From the NCBI RefSeq assembly GCF_000142905.1, contig NW_013657653.1:157649-221648 (forward strand): a stretch of DNA of 64,000 nt, written 5' to 3'. The position numbers and the translations under genes are program-made. Of the stretch, positions 45,662-57,128 are shown in pieces. The notes below the pieces were generated by a model that did not search any database, had not been told where the DNA came from, and worked only from the letters and a program-made list of their open reading frames with translations. The stretch's first letter is position 1. Each line of letters starts with the position of its first letter. This DNA comes from Thecamonas trahens ATCC 50062. Its lineage: Eukaryota; Protista; Apusomonadida.

Positions 45662-47105
45662 GTACCCGCTGCCGCCGCTGCAGGCTGCCGCCACTTCCGC
45701 CGGGCTCGTCGTCGGAATCACTGCCTGAAGACGATGACAGCAATGATGACGAACTGTCGTTGCTGTCTGTCCCGGGGTCGGCATCGCGTGGAATGCGATC
45801 GAGGAGCTCGACCGAGCCTGTCGTGGTACCGACCAGTAGCGCGAGACCGTCGGGCGCAAACGAGACGACGTTGGGCATGGCCCAGAGTCGCAGGCGGGCC
45901 AAGAGGTGCGCGCCGTTTACGGCCCACACCTCGGCAACGTTGCTCACGCCGCGCAGTGGATCGCGGCTGGAAGCAACAAGCGCCAGCCGGGCACCGCCCG
46001 AAGCGAGGCTGACCGCCGCCGCCGGGCGCGGCGTGACCGGCAACACGCACGCTCGGCTCCCGCGCGCCCGGCCTCGGAGGTGGAACACCTCAACCCTAAA
46101 GCCACGAGCATGAAGCATCGACGCCGCCAGAAGCCGCGAGTCCGGGCATGTAGCCACCGAGGCGTCGATGAAGACTGCGGCCTCGGCAATGCGGAGCTCG
46201 CAGCGCAGGCTGTCGCCGACCAAGGTAAAGAGCTTCATCACCGAGGTGTGCACGTTGCCATGGCGGGCGTCGACCGTGACGCGCTCCACACTGTCGGCTG
46301 TGGCCGGCACGAGCTCGCTACTCGCGCCGGATCGGACCCAGGCGCCGACGTCGAGTGTGCGTGGCTCTTGGTGTCGCGACGGCCGCGGCATGGTGTAGGC
46401 GACGAGGACTGCGGTCCCGCAGTGAAGAACGCGAGCGATCCGGCGGATGGCGACAACGGGTAGCTTGGCCTCGAGTGCGGTGGCACGGACGGTGCTCGTG
46501 GAAGCGCCGTCCCACACCGAGGCTCCAAAGACAGTGGTAGCGATGACGCCCGGCGTGGGGTGGCCTAGGGCCCAGCCGGGCGCGATAGAGAGCGAGGACG
46601 CAGCACCGCCACCGAGATCAACCTCAGCCAGCACGGTGACCGCGCCATCGGCTTTGGCCACCCGCCACACCCGCAGTTTGCTCCCTAGGTCGACGGCGAC
46701 AAGGGTCCATGCGTGAGGCGTGTGCCCGGCAAAGGCGATCGAGTACGGCGTCCGGCGGCAGCCGGAGAGGACGGCGACGAGGGAGAGCGCCGGCATGGCC
46801 CACACTGCAACAACGTGTTCGCCGCCATGGGCCGTCGCCACGGCCTCGCCGTCGCCAGACCATGCCACGGCCACCGTCGTGTGCAGCGGCGGCGACGCCG
46901 GCGGCCGCACTCCCAGCGCCGCCCGCTCCAGCGGCATGGGCCGGCTCGATGCTGCGGCCGCACAGGCGTCGGCAGCCGCTGCTGCAGTGTGCCATGAGCG
47001 TGGCGTGGTGATGATCCCCAGCGATCGGGACCGTATCAGGCGGATCATGGGAGGTGAGACGAGTGTCGGGGAATGAGTCTCGGCGAGACGGGAGGGGGGG
47101 GGCAT
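45654..47105 (-). CDS. AMBRA1-like WD40 protein (divergent); start codon uncertain
   Basis: TVAVAWSGDG..VATAHG, LSGCRRTPYSIAF (AMBRA1 GHRRTPW..F), FIDASVATCPDSRLLAA (AMBRA1 YNDASCDISADGQLLAA), NVVSFAP..LLVGTTTG. Confidence 0.65.
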   Translation of the reverse strand: MPPPSRLAETHSPTLVSPPMIRLIRSRSLGIITTPRSWHTAAAAADACAAAASSRPMPLERAALGVRPPASPPLHTTVAVAWSGDGEAVATAHGGEHVVAVWAMPALSLVAVLSGCRRTPYSIAFAGHTPHAWTLVAVDLGSKLRVWRVAKADGAVTVLAEVDLGGGAASSLSIAPGWALGHPTPGVIATTVFGASVWDGASTSTVRATALEAKLPVVAIRRIARVLHCGTAVLVAYTMPRPSRHQEPRTLDVGAWVRSGASSELVPATADSVERVTVDARHGNVHTSVMKLFTLVGDSLRCELRIAEAAVFIDASVATCPDSRLLAASMLHARGFRVEVFHLRGRARGSRACVLPVTPRPAAAVSLASGGARLALVASSRDPLRGVSNVAEVWAVNGAHLLARLRLWAMPNVVSFAPDGLALLVGTTTGSVELLDRIPRDADPGTDSNDSSSSLLSSSSGSDSDDEPGGSGGSLQRRQRVLT

Positions 47106-47203
47106 GGTGAGCCGAGGTTCGGACCGCCACTATCAGATCAAGCTTTTACGGTGTCGAGGAAGCCTTGTCCCGAGCACAAGGCGGGGGAGGGGATGGAAGA
47201 GGC

Positions 47204-48728
47204 TCAGCCTTCCATGTCAAAGGTGTGGTCGTAGTCGATGGTCGGGATGATGGTTGAGATGAACTTGACAAAGAGGAACATGTACTGGTCGGCGCGGAGA
47301 GTCTGGCCAGAGAGGCCGAGGTTGTCGATGATCTTCTTCATGACGTTCGAGTGCTTGCACGGGTGGATGGAGGCGTGCGGGATGCCCGAGTGCGGGTGCG
47401 GCTCAAAGGTGACGGTCTTCTTGGCGTGGTCCTGCGAGATGTCCTCGAAGATCTGCTCCTGGCTTAGCGGCTGGCCAGTCTCATCATAGCCAAAGAGCCA
47501 GACGCGGGGGGTCTGGTAGTACTTGTCGTAGGTGATCGAGACGTCGTACGTGCGGGTCATGAGGATGTTGGCTTCCTCCATGCCGCTCGACGGCCCAGCG
47601 CCGCCAAACACCGCCGTGGCATCATCGTCGTCCTCCAGAACATTGTCGTCGTCGTCAAAGTCGTCCATGTCCGGGATGTCCGAGTCCGAGTCCGAGCCCG
47701 AGCACTCCATTGACGCCACCGCAGGAACAGAGACCGGCTGCATGGCGTCCGCAATGGCCGCCAGCTGCTCACCGCCGGCGCCCATATCCATGTGGGTCGC
47801 CACCCATCCGTCGCCCTCGTCGTCGCCGTCGTCCATCGCCACAAGCTCGTCGTTGTCATCAAAGTACTCGATGGCCGCCACACGCTCACGGCACGGGACG
47901 TTGCGTGTGATGAGAAACTGCTTGTCCTCGGGCAGAAACGCCCGCACTGTGCTTCCAGACTCCCTGTCCGTGCCCAACGCCCACCACCGTCACACTCTCT
48001 GTTAGCACATTCCCCCCTCCCCCCCCACCTGCCTGAGCATCCACTGCTGCGTGCTTTGCCACTCACATGTGCGACCTGTGCCTGACCGCCCAACCGGCGC
48101 CCGCCGGGTGGCCACAGGGAGGGGCGGCCACCTGCTACAGCCTCTCAGTGCCCAGCCCAGCAACCACAGCCACTTACCATGACCATGTCGGACACTTGTA
48201 CACCAGCATATCGCCTGCCGCCACAAACTGCACCACGCCCCATTTCCCGATACACCCCCAGGTATCCACTGCTGTGAGTCTTGTCCATGGCTGCCACCAA
48301 GCGGCGACCAGCTACGAGAGGACGGGGTCGTGGGCTGGGGGGGGGGGGGGGGTGGCTTGCTCCTCCCCCTTCCTCCCTCCCTCCCCCCCCCCTACCCTCT
48401 TTGTAGCCACACCCCGTTCCCCCTCCCTCTCTCCCTTCCCTCCCACCCCATCCTGGCCTCCTGCATGCCACCTGTGCCCCCCTCCACCCGACCCCCACCC
48501 CCGTTCCACCACCCCTGGCAGGGGAAAAACGAACACGTCGTCGTCAAGGCTTCCACCCCCCCCCCCTCCCTCCCTCCCTCCTCCCTCCTCCCTCCCCCCC
48601 TACTCCCTCCCTCCCTCTCCCTCCCCCTCACATACCTCCTCCGGAGTAAGCACGCCCTTCTCCTGGAAACGGGTCTCTTTGAGTGTCGGCATCACGCTCT
48701 CACGCATCCTCTTGAACATGGACGCCAT
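47204..48728 (-). CDS. ATG3: Autophagy E2-like enzyme ATG3 (3 exons)
   Basis: Exons 48728-48636 (..GVLTPEE), 48227-48178 (FVAAGDMLVYKCPTWSW) and 47963-47204 (FLPEDKQFLITRNVPC, YDKYYQTPR, SIHPCKH); phases consistent. Confidence 0.96.
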
Positions 48729-49033
48729 GGCTGTCGCACTTGCGACGACGGGTGTGCCACCTTGCGACGAATGAGGCCGTCCATCATTCGTTCGTTGGGG
48801 AATGAATGATGTGTCCAGGTAGCCAAGACCAAGCCTGCCGCCGCCGCCCGACCAACACTCCGCACGCCACACACGTCACACACAACCTGCTCGCGATGGC
48901 ACCTTTACACACAGTCGCATACAGTCACAATCGGTTGTCGTAGAGTATCTGATCACCGATGGCGGATGGAATAGAGGTCCGCAGCCGGTTTTCGTCGCCT
49001 GCACCCTTCGCCATCTAGCGCTGGCCATGTTGC

Positions 49034-49900
49034 TCAGAGAGTGTCACGACTCGCCAGCTTCGTCGTCGGTGCTGCAGGGGGTCGTTGCGAGAACAGATCC
49101 GAGACAGCGCGGGCAAGGAGCTTGGTCTGCGATGCGGTCCAGCCAACAAGCACGATTCGATGGGGAAATGCCCACTGCATGTCGCTGGAGGAGGTGGTCG
49201 GATCGGCTGCAGCGGCACGGACGCGGGCCACATCGGCCTCCAGCCACTCACCGACGACGGCAGCGGCAATTCGGGTCGCTCGGGACAGCGGAAAGCCGTA
49301 GAACCCAGTGCCGATGCAAGGAATGGCGACCGAGGTCAGCTCGTAGTCGGCGGCGGCAGCCAGGATCGAGCGGTAAGCGGCGGCGAGGACGTCGTCCTGC
49401 ACCTCACCGGTGTCGTCGAGGTACGGCGCAACGGTGTGGAGGACATATCGTGCAGGAAGCGCGTATCCGTGGCTCACCACGGTCTCGCCGGCGTCGGGCA
49501 AGCCGCCCATGGCCTTGGTGGCCAGCGCACACTCGTACTGCAGCAGCGGGCCGGCAGCGGCATGGACGGCCTCGTCGATGCCACCACCGCCAAGCAGGCC
49601 CTCGTTGGCGGCGTTGACAATGCCCGCCGTGGCAAGCCGGGTCACATCACCGCGCCACACCGCCAGTCGCCCGTCGATCGCCACCGTCGCCGCCGTTTCG
49701 ACTACCTCAGCCCAGCAAACGCCTGTGTCGCAATCTTCCGCAGCGTTGCCCTGTCTGCCCGCCCTGCGCTGCGCGCAGCAGACACCCTTGCTTAGCTCAT
49801 CCTCCGCCCACACAGTCTCCAGCACCCGTGCCCTCTGCTCGAGGTAGTATGACGGCAGTACAGTGTCTGTCTCGCGCGTCGCTCTGCTTGTCGCATCCAT
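49034..49900 (-). CDS. MacroD-type macrodomain (ADP-ribose / O-acetyl-ADP-ribose hydrolase)
   Basis: WRGDVT, IVNAAN..LLGGGGIDEAVHAAAGP, LPARYVLHTVAP, VAIPCIGTGFYGFP. Confidence 0.9.
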   Translation of the reverse strand: MDATSRATRETDTVLPSYYLEQRARVLETVWAEDELSKGVCCAQRRAGRQGNAAEDCDTGVCWAEVVETAATVAIDGRLAVWRGDVTRLATAGIVNAANEGLLGGGGIDEAVHAAAGPLLQYECALATKAMGGLPDAGETVVSHGYALPARYVLHTVAPYLDDTGEVQDDVLAAAYRSILAAAADYELTSVAIPCIGTGFYGFPLSRATRIAAAVVGEWLEADVARVRAAAADPTTSSSDMQWAFPHRIVLVGWTASQTKLLARAVSDLFSQRPPAAPTTKLASRDTL

Positions 49901-50529
49901 CGCTCAACGTCGGGAAAAACGCGAGAAGCGGTGCACCCGCACCGCCAAGTCGCCCGTCCCACCCACCCCACGCCACCACAAAGCCGCTTCGGATCCGCGC
50001 CAGTGCCCGATGGGTATTGCATCTACCACATGCCCGTTTTGCATGGCTGTTCCTCGAGGGAGACTATCTAGCGTCTCGCGCTCTGGTCTTGTTTGCCATG
50101 ACTAAGTTTTTCATCGCATCGCACGTTGATCAAGAGAGAGTTAGAAAGACAGCCACTTTGGCATTCTTGCGCAGAAACCCATGGCCGGGAAGCCATCCAT
50201 CCTTCTCAATCATCTCCGACCTCACACCGCATACCCCACTCAGCAAATACCCATCCACCGATGTATGGCATTTAGCATCAGCACAGGCATTGCTTCCGAT
50301 GTGTGGCAAGCAATGGAGTGATGGAGTGAGCCGTCAACCCGACCGATGGCAGTCGTTGGCTGGCCGACTACCTGCCACGGACAACTCCTTCCCGCTACCG
50401 CTCCTCCCCTTCCCCTTCTCCCCACCTCACTCACACCTTCCCACCTCGGACCGCTACCCGGACGACCGTCCCGTTCTTTCGACAGGATATTGGGGAACAT
50501 AGGTTCCAGGTTCCAGGTTCCGGGTCGGC

Positions 50530-53500
50530 ATGTCGGAGACGCTCATGTCTGCGGCGGTGGTGGTAGCCAGCCTTGTCCTTGTCTGTCTGGTGGCAACCGC
50601 CCTCGTCCTGGCCTACAAGCTGGCCAACGTACCCACGCCTGAGGTCTTTGCCCAACATGTCATGGGCAAGGAGAAGGTGCCACCTGTGGCGCTCACAGCT
50701 CCCGGCGAGCGCTCGGTCATGAGTCTGCATGTGGAAGGTGGCGTGGAGCTCGATGGTATGGCTCTTGCTGTCGGGCAGAGCCGTGGTGCTGTTGGCGGCA
50801 CCAGTGTGACCGGAGGCACATACGGTGGGCGGCGGGAGCGAACGTGCCACGAGTGCCTTCGCTACGGCGCCTGTCTGGCCCACCCGGTGGCCCTGTCCGT
50901 CTTTGCCGTCCGGCAACTGCCGTCGACCAACGACAAGGCGACGAGCAAGGGCCGGTCGCCGCGACAGTTCCGTTCGGCAACCGAGACGGCGCTCGTCACG
51001 GTGCTCCCGCCGAGCACTGGCATCGGCACGATGGGCCAAGGCGCCTGCGAGGGCGAGGCCGGCGAGGATCCGAACGAGAGCGGGCTGCTCACCTCTGGTA
51101 CCACGATCCCTTCGCTTGGCGACGGGTGGAACGCCGAGCCCGCGGCTAACTGCGACCCGCTGCTCGGCCTCACACTCTCTAGCACCATTCGGTCGTCGTC
51201 GCTTATCCGGGCGCTGTGCGACGAGCGGGGATGGAACGGACTGGCTTCGTTCCACACCCCGCACTTTGTGGTCGGCACACAATCGCTGGTTGTGGCGCCG
51301 CTGGTCGAGGCACCCGGAACCGACAACGGCAGCGGCAACGGCAGCTTGGCCTCGCTGACGTGCGGCATGTGCATAGGGGCGCGGCGGAGTGCGCGTGTGG
51401 ACCCGGAGATTGGCATGAAGCGTCTTGTTTCTGCGCCGCTGCTGCGACTCTCGCTAGCGTCGACGTCGCCGGCGCTCGCGGGCTCGCAGGTTGTGCACTC
51501 GCCCAACTCGATGATGGGGCTGGCCGGGATTGACGAAAGCATGCAATGGCAGCCGCTCCTTGCCCCGTCGCCCAAGCCGCGGATCAACTTTGCAGCCGAT
51601 TTTGAAGTCATGACCTCACCGTTTGACTTTATGGTCTCCAATGGCGAGCTTGCAGGCGGACGGCAGTACTTTGAGCGATCGAGCGTGACTGACTCTGACG
51701 ACGGGGCGAGTGTGACGACGTGGAAGATGCACGCACCGGGGACTGTGACGTACTCGATTGTGCCGATGGATCAGACCGGGAACTCGATTTGGACGCGGCT
51801 CGCCGACTACTCTGCGGTTGTGCACCGCGTGAACGTGGCGTCGCCGGCGCTGTGGATGGGCCGTATGGGCGCGCTCAACGAAATTATGGCGTCGCCGTCG
51901 GGGACACAGGCTGAAGCCGGCACGTTTACGGAGCTGACCAAGACGGGCGATGTGATTAATGTGTCGTTCACCGGGACCGACGTCGGCTCGTTTGCGCTGT
52001 ACATCACGTACCGACGAGAGATTGTAGTGCCCGGGACGCAGGTCCTTATCCAGCTGATGGCAGGGCCTGTGGCGCCGTCGAAGTGCACGCTCCTCACGTC
52101 ACTAGCCCAGGGTGCGATCGAGGCCTCGTCGTTTTTGCCTCCAACTACTTTATGACGGCACAGACACTCGAGCTCTTTCTCCACCTGCACGATGCCGGTG
52201 GATCTCTGTACGACGCCTCGCGGGCTGAGGCTGTACACTCGCTCGAGCAGCCGGTGCCTGCGCTCCCGCTCTCTGTCGTCACACCATCGCCCAAGTTCTC
52301 GGTTAAGTTTGTCAAAGTGTGGTCAAACGCGGGCATTGCGACACGCGACCCGTTCTCGGTGTGGCGGGTGGCGTTGCCGCGCGGGCACGTCCGGTTCGGC
52401 GACACGATTGTGGCCGGGACGTCGCAGCCCAAGTTTGGCATTCTGATGGCTCCGGACTCGCCGGCGTTCCGGCACCCGCGCGGCTACGAGCTTGTGCTCC
52501 GCATCCAAAAGGGCATCAAGTCGCTGTGGATCTGGCGGCCGATTCCGCCTGACCCGATGTTTGTGGCACTCGGCTACGTGGCGACGACGACGGCGTTTGA
52601 GCCGTCTGTCCGCGTGGTGCACACGGCGCACGCTCACGTGGTGACCGCCATCGAGGTAGCGGCGCCGCCGATCTGGACCGACGAGTTTGAGAGCGAGTAC
52701 TCGACAGTCTCGTTGCACCGCGTCTCGCTCACTGGGCTGCTCACGCTCAACCGGCGGTCGCTGGAAGCGCAGTACTGGGGCACGCATGTCATGCCGCCCA
52801 AGGTGTACACCATCAACGAGAACGCGGTGCTTCACTACATTTCGCCGGAGCACAACTACGTGCCTGGAGCATCGTCGCTGGCCGGGATGCGGCGGTCTGT
52901 GTCTATGGAGGCGACACTGGTGCGCCCGTCGGGGCGGCGGACGCGGCTGCCACTGGAGCGTGTGTACGACACGCTCGCGGTGTACTCGCTGCGGGTGGAC
53001 TTGCCGTCGGACGAGATCGGGCCCGCGCTGCTGGAGATCAAAGTCGACGGAGTGCACATTGCGCGGTCGCCGTTTGTGGTGTACGTCCACGACGTGTCGC
53101 CGGTCAACACGACGCTTGTGCTGAAGGACGGCGAGACCGGCGAGCCTGTGAGCTGGGAGCTGGCGGACATGGACGACTTTACAGGCAGCCCGATTTCGGA
53201 CTTGCTGCGGACGCCGCAACTTGTGGCGGGCAAGTTGTACCAGGCAGACGTGATGCTGCGGGCAAAGGACGGACGAGTGCCGATGCTGCGCTACGAGGCG
53301 TGGTGCCCGCTGACACTTGCGATCGGGCCGCGGGTTGTGGTTCACTCCAAGAAGTGGCACGAGTCGTCCAAGGTTGAGATCCTCTTTACGCCGCTCGGCA
53401 ACTCGCCGCTGGAGCGCGACTTTCCGGTCATCAACGTCGCGTTCCGCGGTTGCCCGGGTCAAGTCTCGCAGTATTGGGCTCGGGGCGAGGTCTTTTCGTT

Positions 53501-55028
53501 CTGCGTGGTGGATCCAGGCGTGCACTTTGGGCTCATCCGGGTGCGGGAGCTGATGGCGTCGCGCGAGCAGCACCTGCTGGACCAGATTGTTGCACTTGCG
53601 CGACAGCAGGCGCCGCGCAACCCGCATGTGGCCCTCGCAGCGGCAATGGAGGAAGGGCACACGATGGTGCCGAGCGGCCTGCTGCGCGGGCGGCTCAAGC
53701 CGGAGCTGGCAAGCTCGCTTGGGCGGACAGCCACAGAGCTGTCGGCGGCGTCACTAGTGGATCTGTTCCGGATGTCGGATGCCATAGAGCGGCCATCACC
53801 GCAGATGTTCAACGTGACGGTGGCATCCGCGCTGGCTAGTCTGGGGCGGACGCGACGGCGTAATGGACCGGCGCGTGATGACGATCTGTACGAGTCGAAC
53901 TCGTCGGTATCGCGGCTGCAGGGACGGGCGCTGCCTGTGGTACAGGACGAGGGTAACCACCTGTGCGCAACGACGCTCTCTGTCCTCCCTCCGGCACTGT
54001 CTGTGCAGAGGTGTGGAACGCAGGCGTCGCGTGGCGACGACATTGACACGGCCTGGTCGGTTGGCAACTCAGCGATGGCGTCGATGGACGCAGCGTTGGC
54101 GTCATGGACGCAAGCGCAATGGATGTCACAGCCGCTTGGCCGGCTGCCGCAGTCCGCGGTCGACTCGCCGACCAATTCTGTGGTCATCAAGTCAGAGTTT
54201 CTGGCTGTGCGGCGGCCGTCGCGGGCGTCGTCGACCGTGTCCAAGATGACGGGCGACGACGGACGTGACGACTACCGCGATGGGCTGTTTGAGAGCGTGT
54301 CTGCGTCGTCGATTGTGACGGAGCAGTCGCTAGCGCGACCGGCCATGCCAGCGACGCGGTCAAGCCAGCTGATGCGCAAGGTTTTTGTGCTCGACGTCTC
54401 CGAGTCGATGCAGGGCCTGCAAACGATCCGCAAGTCGTCGTCGCAAAAGGTGCAAGTGAGGCGGGCAGAGATGGCACGGGCGGACTTGCTTGCCGAGCTC
54501 GACAAGCTCCCTCTCGACGCGCAGTTTGAGGTTCTCAAGTTTGGCAACAAGGTCATTCCGCTCTTCCACGGTCTCCAGTCGGTACGGTCGTCGCGGATTT
54601 CGCGGGCGCGCAAGTTTGTGCTCTCGGCCAACACACCCGATGAGATCAACACGCTTGCGCCCAACTCGAACATGTATCTGGGACTCGAGACTGCGTTTGT
54701 GCACCCACAGTACGGCAATGCCACCCACGTGGTGCTCTACACCGACGGCGAGCCCGAGCTGCGCGCCGGCGGCACCTCAACGCCGATGTGCTCGTACCCT
54801 GTCGAGGTCCGAGCACTCAAGGAGGAGATTGTGGCGCCGTCGACCAAGGAGCTCTTCTTTAACGGGCGCTCAGTCATTGTTGAGATCCGCCTGTATGCGC
54901 CGCAAAAGGCCTCGGTCCCGTGGATGGAAGAGTTTATCGCGGGCACCTCACCCGAGTCGTGCGTCCGCGTCATCGGTCCTATCATCGAGAATGAGCTGCA
55001 TCCTCCGCGCGACTTTGCGAACATCTAG
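50530..55028 (+). CDS. N-terminally anchored ~1,499-aa protein with filamin-like Ig, Vps62/DUF946-like and vWA domains; one frameshift at 52132-52136
   Basis: N-terminal TM; FSVWR..GHVRFGD..PRGYELV..IWRPIPP..FVALGYVAT (Vps62-like); IKVDGVHIARSPF (filamin-like); VFVLDVSESM..LYTDGEP (vWA MIDAS). The two ORFs join if T5 is T6. Confidence 0.72.
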
Positions 55029-55046
55029 GCTGCTATGGTGCGATAG

Positions 55047-55407
55047 TTAGTGGCGACGGCGGCGGTGGCCACGACCCTTAAACCGCTTGTTCTTCTTGCT
55101 CTTTCTGGCCTTCTTGGCCTTGGACTTTTTGCCCTTGGACTTCTTGGCCTTCTTGGCCTTCTTGGCCTTCTTGACCTTCTTGACCTTCTTGGCCTTCTTG
55201 GCCTTTTTGGCCTTTTTGACCTTCTTGGGCTTTGCCTTCACGGGGCGGCGATGGGCCGAGTCTGAGTCTGAGCCTGAGCCTGAGCCCGAGTGGGAGCCGG
55301 AGCCTGAGCCTGAGCCCAAATGGGAGCCCGAGCTAGAGCCTGAGGACGAGCCCGAACCCGAGCCCGAGTAGGATCCGGATCCGGAGCCGGAGCCCGAACC
55401 TGAGTAG

Positions 55408-55442
<35 letters not shown>

Positions 55443-56531
55443 AGAGCCCGAGTCCGAGCCGGAGCCCGAGTAGGAGCCCGAGCCGGAGCCCGAGCCGGAG
55501 CCGGAGCCCGAACCCGAGCCGGAGCCGGAGCCCGAACCCGAGCCGGAGCCCGAGCCGGAGCCGGAGCCCGAGCCGGAGCCGGCACCGACTACACCGCCAC
55601 CGCTGACAAGGGCCTGGATCTTGGCGTTCTTCTTGTTGTCGGAGAAGGGATAGACCGAGTTGATAAAGGCCTTGTCGGTGTTTGTCAGCTCGGTGTTCCA
55701 CCCGGTGACAAACGACTTGTCGGTGACGAGCTCGGCAGCGATGGGGTACTCCATGATGGAGTTTTTGTCGTACTTGGAGTACTGGGTGGCATGCTTGGAC
55801 TTGAGGACCTGCTCCTTGGTCTGGTCGCGCGACCAACCCTGCTTTGCGTAGTACTTGTAGACTGCCTCCTCGTCCCAGGGGATTTTGGCCATCGGGTGCT
55901 GGTGCTCGTGGGTGAGGCCGATCATGTGGCCGGTCTCGTGGAGGACGACACGGCGGTACTCGCGATCGGTCGAGTCCTCAGTGAGCCAGCCAAAGTTCAT
56001 GGTGTGCTTGGACTTTGCAATGCGCTTGTTGTCGGTCCCGACGTACGAGTACGAGCCACCCTTTTGAAAGTCGACGCGGATGTCGGCGCTCTTGGCCGAC
56101 TTGACGATCTTGAACTTGAGGTTGGCATACTGCAGCCACTCCTTGGCGATGGCAAAACACTTGTCCTGCACCGCCTTTGATCCCGAGAGAAAGTGCCACT
56201 TGATGGTCGCCCCCACCGGCCACGCCTTGCCCTCACCTGTTCCCGCCACCCCCCCAGCCCATCACTGTCTGTGAATCACGCACTGGCCACCACCACCACC
56301 ACCACCACCACCACCACCACCACCTCCCCCATCATGTCTTGCTGATGGCCGATGCGTACCCAGCACAGCCTTCTGCCCGCTGCGGCGCTTGGTGACGCCG
56401 GCCTCGGCCTTGTCCGACTCGGCGTCTTCGGCACGGACCGATGGCAGGGCACCACAGCCCTTCAGGTCGGCCAACCAGGTGGCGTCCGACATAGAGTCAG
56501 AAGACGAGTACGAGGACGAGTACGACGACAT
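55047..56531 (-). CDS. Astacin-like (M12A/ZnMc) metzincin with (GS)n linker and Lys-rich C-terminal tail (2 exons)
   Basis: [16 protein letters not shown], Met-turn [25 protein letters not shown]. Exon 1 56531-56360, intron 56359-56237 in phase. Confidence 0.9.
55260..55582 (-). repeat. Coding hexanucleotide repeat encoding (Gly-Ser)n
   Basis: (GAGCCS)n on the + strand. Confidence 0.9.
56287..56323. repeat. (CCA)n microsatellite in the protease intron
   Basis: About 12 CCA units. Confidence 0.85.
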
Positions 56532-57128
56532 TGGGGCAACAATGCAGAGTCGAGTGTGTGCTTGTGTGTGTGGTGTGTGGGTGAGATGTCACCCCTGTAG
56601 TAGCTAGCCCTCCTCCCCTGCCTGGCCCTTGCTGATGCTGGTGCGCCTGGCTGTTCTCCCGTTTTCCCAGCCAATGCCACAAAACCTTCGTTGTCACCCA
56701 TTGTGCTGATCGATGGACGGCATTGGGATGGCAATGGTGCTGCAGAGGGGGGATGGGACAAGTGTGGTGGCGGCGGTGGTGGTGGTGGTGGTGATAGTGA
56801 TAGTGGTGGTGTTGGGTATGATGGATGGGCGTGTGGATGGTGAGTGCGATGTGTGTGATGTGTGATGATGGTTACGTGGACGGACGTTGTACAGCTGTTG
56901 GCCATCAAGAACCATGTAGGGAGGGCTTTGGTGGCATTGATGGATGCGGGCTGAAGTAGAGGAGGAGGTAGATGGCGATGACGGTGGCAATGGCAATGGC
57001 AATGGCAATGGCGATGGCGATGGCGATGACGATCATCTTGGTCCTGGTCGTGGTCCTGGTCGTGGTCGTGGTCCTGGTCCTGGCTCTGCCGATGTGGTGG
57101 CAGGAACAGGCACTTCACCCTCAGCCTC

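Noticed and set aside
56986-57082. (GGCAAT/GGCGAT)n and (TGGTCS)n hexamer runs giving His/Asp- or Gly-rich ORFs
   Set aside because: Simple intergenic microsatellites; the ORFs lack coding features.
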